64,000 nucleotides of DNA, from NCBI GenBank assembly GCA_963843555.1, contig CAWJKV010000007.1, forward strand, positions 64,001 through 128,000. The letters are read 5' to 3'. The notes under the pieces are model-generated. The model was not told the DNA's origin, ran no database searches, and saw only the letters and a program-made list of their open reading frames with translations. The DNA comes from an uncultured Methanosarcinales archaeon (lineage in GTDB: Archaea; Halobacteriota; Methanosarcinia; Methanotrichales; Methanotrichaceae). A program made the position numbers and the translations under genes. Positions within the stretch are counted from its first letter, which is position 1; every line of letters begins with the position of its first letter. Below, one piece after another: positions 55,691 to 64,000 of this stretch.

Positions 55691-55915
55691 GTGGGAATAT
55701 TCAGAACAAGGAGTTTTGACGCTGAAATTCGGTTTAGCAGGACGAGCTTGCAAGAAACGGAGACTGAAGTAAGCTGCCCGCACAAGTCAAATTGGCATCC
55801 TTTGAACTTTTTAGGAATATATATTTATTATTTTGACCACTCATGGAGCTAAAAATTAGTCTAGTCTCATCATATCATTGATGATAATAAAATAAGGATG
55901 TGCCTGTAGGAAACC

Positions 55916-56707
55916 ATGTCTGCCTGGGAAGAGTTCCTTAAGTTTTCCTCGTATCTGCTCAGAACCAGAAGAAAGGTTGCAAGCAGCGCTTTCTGGATAG
56001 GCCTAATCACTTCGTTGATAGGTGGCATCTTGCTAAATCAGATGATGATCATGAACTCGCACGATGCAGATAACCAGAAGCTAGAGGATCAGATAAGCAC
56101 TCTCGTAGAGCGGGCGGACCTTCTTCAGGAATCTGGTGAGTACAATGAGTCTATAAAATTTTGTGAGGATGCCCTTAAACAGGAACCAGGTATGAAATCC
56201 AGAGCACCTATTGGATATGGCAGATTGTACCAAACGATGGGAAACGCCTACCGTTCTCTGTCAAGCATTCGTGATACTGAGCTTAATTTACTGAAATCCA
56301 TGTTCTACTATGAGGAGGCGCTCGACGCCTTCTCGGGCCATGGGCAGAAGGCAACATCTATAGAGCATGCGAATTGTGAAAGCGACCTCGGGAAAACTTA
56401 CATGTACCTAGCAGAGGTAAGGGAAAAGGAGGCGAATCTAGACTTGGCGATTGATCATTTCCAGCATGCCCTTTTTGCGATTGATCCCAAGAGGCACCCC
56501 CTGGAGCATGCTTTTGTCCAGAACAATCTAGGAAGCGCCTACCAGCTCCTTTCTGAGGTGAGGAACAAGGAGCAAAACCTCAATCGATCCATCCAGGCCT
56601 ATGGCGATGCGCTGAAAATATGTACTCAGGAGGAATATCCTGAGGATTTTGCGAACATCCAGTATAACCTCGGCAGCGCCTATCAGATTCTCTCAGGAAC
56701 TCCTTGA
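55916..56707 (+). CDS. Membrane-anchored TPR protein
   Basis: N-terminal TM segment; repeats QNNLGSAYQLLSEVRNKEQNL..AI..Y..AL. Confidence 0.8.
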   Translation: MSAWEEFLKFSSYLLRTRRKVASSAFWIGLITSLIGGILLNQMMIMNSHDADNQKLEDQISTLVERADLLQESGEYNESIKFCEDALKQEPGMKSRAPIGYGRLYQTMGNAYRSLSSIRDTELNLLKSMFYYEEALDAFSGHGQKATSIEHANCESDLGKTYMYLAEVREKEANLDLAIDHFQHALFAIDPKRHPLEHAFVQNNLGSAYQLLSEVRNKEQNLNRSIQAYGDALKICTQEEYPEDFANIQYNLGSAYQILSGTP

Positions 56708-57052
56708 TTTTATCTGCCATTTCCATGCGCCCCGCCGTCGCATTGACCACCAAGCATCCATCGTTCCCTCTACAGGCTCTTTATTCAAACAATCATTGCT
56801 TTGGCTTATTTGTTCCTCCAGCCAATCTGCCCAAGCTCAACAGAGTTATTTGCTTCACTGAGGTTTCCTCCCAAGTCTTTGGCTGAGACTCAATTCCTTT
56901 TTTTCTTGCAGAAGCTTTATCTAGTAAAAATTTATTAATAATATTCAAAAGATAGCGAATCCGCTCTTCAGCTCAAGCCGGGCGGTACCTGAAATAAAAG
57001 CCATGGAAAATTATTAGTACAGATATGTGCTTTATCAGATCTGAGGTAGGAT

Positions 57053-57691
57053 ATGGGTTTCATCAGCAGCTTCAGGGATAATCTTGGGGCCTGGATAAAT
57101 AAGATCTTCAAAAAGAAGAGGGCTAAGATCGGACTATATGGCCCACCGAATGCCGGAAAGACAACCCTGGCCAATAGGATATTGAAGGACTGGAGCGGAG
57201 AAGGTACCTTCGGGACCATCTCCCCCGTTCCTCACGAAACCCGCAGGGCCATAAGAAAGGAGGGACTGATAATCAACGCCAATGGCTCGACTATCGAACT
57301 GGACATAGTCGACACGCCAGGAATGGCGACAAAGATTGATTTCAAGGAGTTCATGGCCTTCGGCCTCTCCGAAGCCGAGTCCAAGAAACGAGCCAAGGAG
57401 GCTACAGAAGGCGTCATAGAGGCCATCAAGTGGCTGGATGACCTGGATGGCATCCTCCTGGTTATGGACTCAAGCGAGGATCCTTATACCCAGGTCAATG
57501 TCACGGTGATTGGTAACATGGAAGCAAGGAAGCTTCCGCTTCTCATCGTGGCCAATAAAATGGATCTGCCCAATGCCTCGCCGTCCAGGATCAAAGCCGC
57601 TTTCCCCCAGCATGCCATGGTGCAGATATCCGCGCTGGAAGGTTCGAATATTGATAACCTTTATCAGGCAATAGCCACTCATTTCGGGTGA
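57053..57691 (+). CDS. oapA: Era-like GTP-binding protein, OapA family
   Basis: GPPNAGKTT, PHETRR, DTPG, EATEGV, VANKMD. Confidence 0.85.
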   Translation: MGFISSFRDNLGAWINKIFKKKRAKIGLYGPPNAGKTTLANRILKDWSGEGTFGTISPVPHETRRAIRKEGLIINANGSTIELDIVDTPGMATKIDFKEFMAFGLSEAESKKRAKEATEGVIEAIKWLDDLDGILLVMDSSEDPYTQVNVTVIGNMEARKLPLLIVANKMDLPNASPSRIKAAFPQHAMVQISALEGSNIDNLYQAIATHFG

Positions 57692-58056
57692 TCTTGATGA
57701 GAGAAGTGCATATGGACCTAATCTCCGAGGAGAAGCTGGAGAGTATGACATCCATGGAGAAGATCAGGCTCATTCTGGACAAGGTAAAAAAAGGTAAGAT
57801 TGTGGTTCTTGAGAGCGGCCTGACTCCTGATGAGGAGGTGCGTCTCATCGAGATGACTATGACCGAGATCAGGGTGGATGAGTTCTCAGGAATAGAGATC
57901 GAGAGCTATCCTTCTAAGAAGGGAGGATCATTCTTGGATAAGATATTTGGGAAAACCCTCAAGGGCAGGATGACGGTCATCGGCCCGGCCAACCAAATAC
58001 ATACCATTGAGAAAGACAAGTACCAGATCAGCACCAAGGTCTCTATGGGGGATTGA
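57688..58056 (+). CDS. oapB: DUF2073 / OapB family protein
   Basis: SMEKIRLILD, LESGLTPDEE, GIEIESYP, TVIGPAN. Confidence 0.85.
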   Translation: MILMREVHMDLISEEKLESMTSMEKIRLILDKVKKGKIVVLESGLTPDEEVRLIEMTMTEIRVDEFSGIEIESYPSKKGGSFLDKIFGKTLKGRMTVIGPANQIHTIEKDKYQISTKVSMGD

Positions 58057-58470
58057 ATGCCTCATATCTGTACCCGCTGCAACAACATCTTCGAGTCGGG
58101 AGAAGATATCCTGAAGGGCTGCCCGTCCTGCGGCTGGAAGAAGTTCATGTTTGTGCGCAAAATGCCGCGGGAATTGGATATGTCAAAGCATTCAGGGGAA
58201 CATATCATAACCAGGGCCATGGGCGTGAAGGTGCCACCCAGGAGATCGGAAAAAGAATCTATGCCCCCGACCAGATCCGATGAGGCTCCAGAGAACGAAT
58301 TGAGCCCAGGCGAAGGAAAGCCTCTGGAGAGCATAAAGATAACCGCGCCCGGGACTTACGAGTTGAATCTGCCGTCTTTATTCGAGAGGGATGAGCTGAT
58401 CATGGCAGTCAAGGAAGGAACTTATTTTATAGATCTGACATCTGCCTTCAAAAAAGGCAAGAAAGATTGA
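58057..58470 (+). CDS. oapC: Zn-ribbon OapC family protein
   Basis: MPHICTRC..ILKGCPSCG..KF; ESIKITAPGTYELNL. Confidence 0.85.
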   Translation: MPHICTRCNNIFESGEDILKGCPSCGWKKFMFVRKMPRELDMSKHSGEHIITRAMGVKVPPRRSEKESMPPTRSDEAPENELSPGEGKPLESIKITAPGTYELNLPSLFERDELIMAVKEGTYFIDLTSAFKKGKKD

Positions 58471-58482
58471 AGATCAATCCTA

Positions 58483-58635
58483 TCAATCCTGCGTTATTCG
58501 GATCTCAATAGATTTCCAATCCGGGCTTACCCCTCGCAGAGACTGGGCCATGGCGACGGCCACGTTGCCGATGATCTCCTGGGTGAACTCATTTAGTGGA
58601 ATGTCCTTGCCGTCTGCCTGCAGCTTTACAATCAT
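58483..58635 (-). CDS. 50-aa small protein resembling the C-terminal module of long archaeal MobB proteins
   Basis: MIVKLQADGKDIPLNEFTQEIIGNVAVAMAQSLRGVSPDWKSIEIRITQD*; GAGGGG RBS; below the ORF-track cutoff. Confidence 0.7.
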   Translation of the reverse strand: MIVKLQADGKDIPLNEFTQEIIGNVAVAMAQSLRGVSPDWKSIEIRITQD

Positions 58636-58693
58636 TTATCCCCCTCTCGTTTGCCTGCCTGCGACTTCTTCCAGGTTTTCTGCGAGTTTTGTT

Positions 58694-59101
58694 TTAAGCT
58701 CCGCCAAATATGGCGATAGGCGGTGTGACGACTGAAGCGCTGGCGGAAATGGCCTGTGGAAGAGTGCGGACACTGCCTGCCTGGTTGCCGGCGTCGGGAT
58801 TCTTAACTGCGAACATGGGTGTGACTGTGATCGCACCTGGACCCTTGATTATGGTCGCATTCACATTGGTATTCGTCTTCTTTCCCAGAGTGCTTAGATC
58901 CAAGACATTGCTCTCCACATTACCTCCCAGAGCGGTTGGTGCGATGGTTGGCATATTTTCGGAGACCTGAGGCAGAGACATTGCCTGTATGCTTGTCTTT
59001 TTACCCAATGTGCTCAGATTAAGAACATCTTGGGCACTGGCTGCAGCCATGAAACCTGCCAGGAAAACGGTGACGACGAAGATGGTGAGAATTGACTTCA
59101 T
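58694..59101 (-). CDS. Secreted hypothetical protein with duplicated VLxLSTLGKKT motif
   Basis: Signal peptide; GGAGGT RBS. Confidence 0.75.
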   Translation of the reverse strand: MKSILTIFVVTVFLAGFMAAASAQDVLNLSTLGKKTSIQAMSLPQVSENMPTIAPTALGGNVESNVLDLSTLGKKTNTNVNATIIKGPGAITVTPMFAVKNPDAGNQAGSVRTLPQAISASASVVTPPIAIFGGA

Positions 59102-59194
59102 ATATGAAACCTCCTTACTCTAAAGGGTACTCAATTGACCCTCGTTTTCTGGTACTTGAGCTTTAACCATTTATTCCTTTTGCTTAATCTATGA

Positions 59195-59741
59195 TCACTG
59201 GAACGATTCGCGAGAAGAAAGATGGGAATTGTCGCTCTTCGATACTGTGCACAGACGCTCCACACCGTTTATCTCCGCGATGAATTTGGCCACAGCCCCG
59301 GGCACGAGGTCTGCCCAGTTGCCATTCTCACTCATCAAATTGCGAATGGCCGTTCCGGAGTACAGATCTCTCTGGTACAAAGGCAGCTTTTTCACCAACA
59401 CATTGGCCTCGGAGAAGAGCTGGACCACCAGAGGATTGTTGGAATAGACCACATCAAAGCGAGGGACCATGGATTGCAGGTGAGAGACCCATAACCGAGT
59501 TGCGTTTGATATCCTGCAAAGGCGTGACAATAGCAGCGCTCTTCCTCAGACTCGCTTTCGCTAGAGCGGCATAGATCATCTCCATCCTCTCGCCGCCGGT
59601 GAAGGGATTCTCGGTGGTGTGGCTCTCCTGGGCGCTGCCGATCACTATCACAATCTCCTCTACCTCTTCTGCGATCTTCTCCAAGACCGCCTGATGCCCG
59701 AGGTGATAAGGCTGGAAGCGCCCAATGTAAAGCCCGCGCAT
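59195..59741 (-). CDS. nadM: Nicotinamide-nucleotide adenylyltransferase with indels
   Basis: IGRFQPYHLGH, GSAQESHT.ENPFTGGER, SNNPLV, YSGTAIR. Confidence 0.92.
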
Positions 59742-59756
59742 GAACTTCAAATCCAC

Positions 59757-61479
<1,723 letters not shown>

Positions 61480-61492
61480 TTTTCGCTCAGAC

Positions 61493-62731
61493 TCAGGTGA
61501 TTTCTGTGGGTTTTATCGATTCCATCACTATTATTTCTCTCTTTTTCAGCTCTTTCATGAACGCTTCATAGGCTCCATCCTTGAGTGCGTCTTCAGGAGC
61601 CACGATCCCCTTCTCCAGGATCTCGCCCTTCGCCAGGAGCCTGGCCGCCACTGCCGCCGAAGCGCTCGTCACTCTGGCCATGGCAGAGATGCCCGTCGCG
61701 CTGTCCGCGCCCGTCCACATGAAATAGTCCGCCTGCTTCTCTCTCCCCCATGCCGTATTCCACATGACGCAGACATCCTCATCTCCGGGCAATGGCCGGA
61801 GCTTCGCTTCGACCAGTTGGAGGAAGAAGTCCCTGGGCCGGATGAGCTGGCCCGCAAGGGCAACGGGCTCGATGTCCAGAAGGCCGCATTCCTTCAGTGT
61901 ATCGATAGCCTGCCAGTGACCAGGCCAGCGAATGGTCTTCTCCGAGAAGCTCTTCAGGTGTCTTTGCGTGTGGAGAAAACTGGGCATGCCTGGTGTTATG
62001 GCGCATTCCAGCTCCTCATCCCGTCCGCATTCCTGAAAACGGAAGCTCTCCCGGCCCGAGGTGGCATCCACCTCTACGGGCTTCCCGTCATCCAACACGC
62101 GCACCTTGACCATGTACTCGCGCAGCACATGATCGAAGGACCAGGTGATCATATACTGCAGAGGATGACGGGCCGCTGCGTCGCGGCTGGGAATGCCGCC
62201 TACGCGCGCCACAGCACGATCAGCATCAACTTTCCTTATCCCCTCGGCCAGAGTTATATTGCTCAGGCCCGGAGCAAAGCCCATGCCATCCAGCAGCGTG
62301 ACACCGTTGTCCAGAGCCCTGCGGTGCAGAGATTCGCCATACTCATCCAGGCTCATGCCCGCCGGGATCTCCAGGCCTTCTGTCTCGTAAGGGTCAGGCC
62401 GGCGGTGGTACTCTTCCAGGATGTCAACCACATCCAGACCTGCACCGATGGCAGTCTCTACCGTTCTGTAGCTGCTCCTCCGGTCGGGCAGGGCGATGAT
62501 GCCCACGTCGTACTCCTGCATCAGAGCTCGAGATCTGCGGGCGTCCGCGATGTCCAGAACATGGGTGGCGACCTTTTCGCTGCCGATCCAGTCTCTGGCC
62601 TTCTGCAGTGAATTCTGGCTCCGGCCCGCAATGCCTACGATCTCGGCTCCGCCAAACTTTGCCAGATCCCAGGCCACGGCCGAGCCGATCTTGCCTGTGC
62701 CGCCGAAGACAAGTGCTTTCAGATCTGTCAT
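61493..62731 (-). CDS. Saccharopine dehydrogenase family oxidoreductase
   Basis: GGTGKIG, GMGFAPGLSN, RVGGIP, EKTIRWPGH, SAMARVT. Confidence 0.88.
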   Translation of the reverse strand: MTDLKALVFGGTGKIGSAVAWDLAKFGGAEIVGIAGRSQNSLQKARDWIGSEKVATHVLDIADARRSRALMQEYDVGIIALPDRRSSYRTVETAIGAGLDVVDILEEYHRRPDPYETEGLEIPAGMSLDEYGESLHRRALDNGVTLLDGMGFAPGLSNITLAEGIRKVDADRAVARVGGIPSRDAAARHPLQYMITWSFDHVLREYMVKVRVLDDGKPVEVDATSGRESFRFQECGRDEELECAITPGMPSFLHTQRHLKSFSEKTIRWPGHWQAIDTLKECGLLDIEPVALAGQLIRPRDFFLQLVEAKLRPLPGDEDVCVMWNTAWGREKQADYFMWTGADSATGISAMARVTSASAAVAARLLAKGEILEKGIVAPEDALKDGAYEAFMKELKKREIIVMESIKPTEIT

Positions 62732-63102
62732 CTTTCCAGCCTCTGGACGTCCGATGCCCTCGATATCTTCAGCTCTTCCGATCCATGGAAGTCTTCTATC
62801 GTTCCTCTGATCCGTATGCGGTCACCGGCGTGAAGCTGCTCTTGGAGCTCTCCTGCTCCCGCGCCGGCAGGAATGAAAACGGGCATGGCAGTTGAGTCCA
62901 ATCGGAGAAGCAGGTTGCCTCCGGTATTGGTGGGCTTCATCTCCAGGATCAAGCCCTCCAGGGAGAGGAGGGAGTCCGCTTTAGCAGCGGCGCCGTCGTC
63001 ATTGCCCTCTTCAGGGCTGAATGCCCAGAAGGCCACGGCCAGAGACCCCAGGGCCATGAGGAGCAGCACTACTACTATCTTCTCTTCTTTTTGCATCCTC
63101 AT
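62728..63102 (-). CDS. Membrane-anchored OB-fold protein
   Basis: N-terminal TM segment; GDRIRIRGTIEDFHGSEEL. Confidence 0.75.
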   Translation of the reverse strand: MRMQKEEKIVVVLLLMALGSLAVAFWAFSPEEGNDDGAAAKADSLLSLEGLILEMKPTNTGGNLLLRLDSTAMPVFIPAGAGAGELQEQLHAGDRIRIRGTIEDFHGSEELKISRASDVQRLER

Positions 63103-63209
63103 GATCTTTCATCCCTCAAGGCAGCTCCCGCTAATTGCTGGGCAGTTGTGCGATTTGAGATTTGCGCGAAAAATGTTTCTTGAGCTTATTGCTTATATAA
63201 CATTATTAA

Positions 63210-63386
63210 TTACTTCTTTTCTTCAGGCTTCGGCCCAAAACGCTCCTGCCAGCCCTTCTCCAGATGATCGAGACAGATGTCGCATACGCCCTTGTATGCG
63301 CCCTCGGGATAGGTCAGGTTATGGACGGGGGCCTTAATGGGAAACAGCAGTGGTCGAGCACGGGTACATAGTTCGCAATCAGCCAT
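63210..63386 (-). CDS. fpoO: 58-aa FpoO-like protein (N-terminal half only)
   Basis: MADCELCTRARPLLFPIKAPVHNLTYPEGAYKGVCDICLDHLEKGWQERFGPKPEEKK*; AGGAG RBS; below the ORF-track cutoff. Confidence 0.8.
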   Translation of the reverse strand: MADCELCTRARPLLFPIKAPVHNLTYPEGAYKGVCDICLDHLEKGWQERFGPKPEEKK

Positions 63387-63429
63387 TTTGATTCATCTCC
63401 TACGGATCGGTGAATAGAGTTTCTCATGT

Positions 63430-63867
63430 TTAAGTTTTCCGTTGTTCGTAATCTTCCATACCCATGATCATCTCTGTCAACTCTTCCACCAGCCTCTCAT
63501 CAATCTCAGCGAGCATCACCCTTCGCACCATGTTGGGCACATCGATCTCGGCCATGACGATCTTGGGAAGATGGCTGTGCTTGAAGCCTTCCACGACCGC
63601 ATAGTCCACCCCCTCGTCCTGCAGTTCGGCTAATGCGGAATCCAGATCGCCGCGCTCTCGCGTCACCATAAGCTTCGCCTCTCCGAGACCAATGACCACA
63701 TCCGCTCCGGCATCGAAGTGGCGCCTGGTGTCGCCTCTGTCAACTGGATGGGTGACCATGTTCTTGACTGTCCCCACCTTCCCGTGCCTGGCCAGTGAAC
63801 TGACCAGAGCGGCGACCAGGGTTGTCTTGCCTGTCTTCTTTGTTCCTACTACCGATATCACTTTCAT
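63430..63867 (-). CDS. mobB: Molybdopterin-guanine dinucleotide biosynthesis protein B
   Basis: VVGTKKTGKTT, DTRRHFDAGA, VVEGFK. Confidence 0.88.
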   Translation of the reverse strand: MKVISVVGTKKTGKTTLVAALVSSLARHGKVGTVKNMVTHPVDRGDTRRHFDAGADVVIGLGEAKLMVTRERGDLDSALAELQDEGVDYAVVEGFKHSHLPKIVMAEIDVPNMVRRVMLAEIDERLVEELTEMIMGMEDYEQRKT

Positions 63868-63892
63868 GATTGAGATCGTTGGGATTGTCGGA

Positions 63893-64000
63893 TCATTCAG
63901 CCCGAATTAGCTCAATAAGGAATCGAGCAAATCCCTCCAGATCCGCAATGCGCACATTCTCGTTCAGACCATGGGCATTGCTCTCCAGCTGCCGGCCCAC
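63893..64000 (-). CDS. 3' end of a probable M20-family metallopeptidase
   Basis: ...SNAHGLNENVRIADLEGFARFL* matches the AH..NE...I.DL C-terminal motif. Confidence 0.6.
   Translation of the reverse strand: MGRQLESNAHGLNENVRIADLEGFARFLIELIRAE

Overview
Chromosomal window from a Methanothrix (Methanosaeta) acetoclastic methanogen; the 16S carries the MX825 probe target GCTAGGTGTCGGCCACGGTGCGA at about 2038-2060. Core content: 5' part of an aconitase gene, a full rRNA operon (16S, tRNA-Ala, 23S, 5S), the fpoA-N operon without fpoF/fpoO, and housekeeping genes (dhs, ubiX, panE, leuA, tatD, argG, nadM, mer, mobB, oapABC). There are two decayed accessory islands. The first (about 27.1-29.8 kb) has a TIR pseudogene, IS256 and IS701 remnants and an Hfq-like gene. 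The second (about 49.7-53.3 kb) has a HEPN-like gene, a second Sm/Hfq-like gene split by an intact IS4-family element, and a tyrosine-recombinase remnant. About a dozen single-base indels break core genes, so the assembly probably has uncorrected read errors and every frameshift claim needs read support. Main hypotheses: (1) leuA has no in-frame start before its conserved N-terminus and is overlapped by a promoter-proximal uORF with CTT-CTA (Leu-Leu), where a +1 slip enters the leuA frame, suggesting a leucine-sensing frameshift; (2) FpoO appears split into two half-genes 56 kb apart; (3) two Hfq-like Sm genes sit in mobile DNA.
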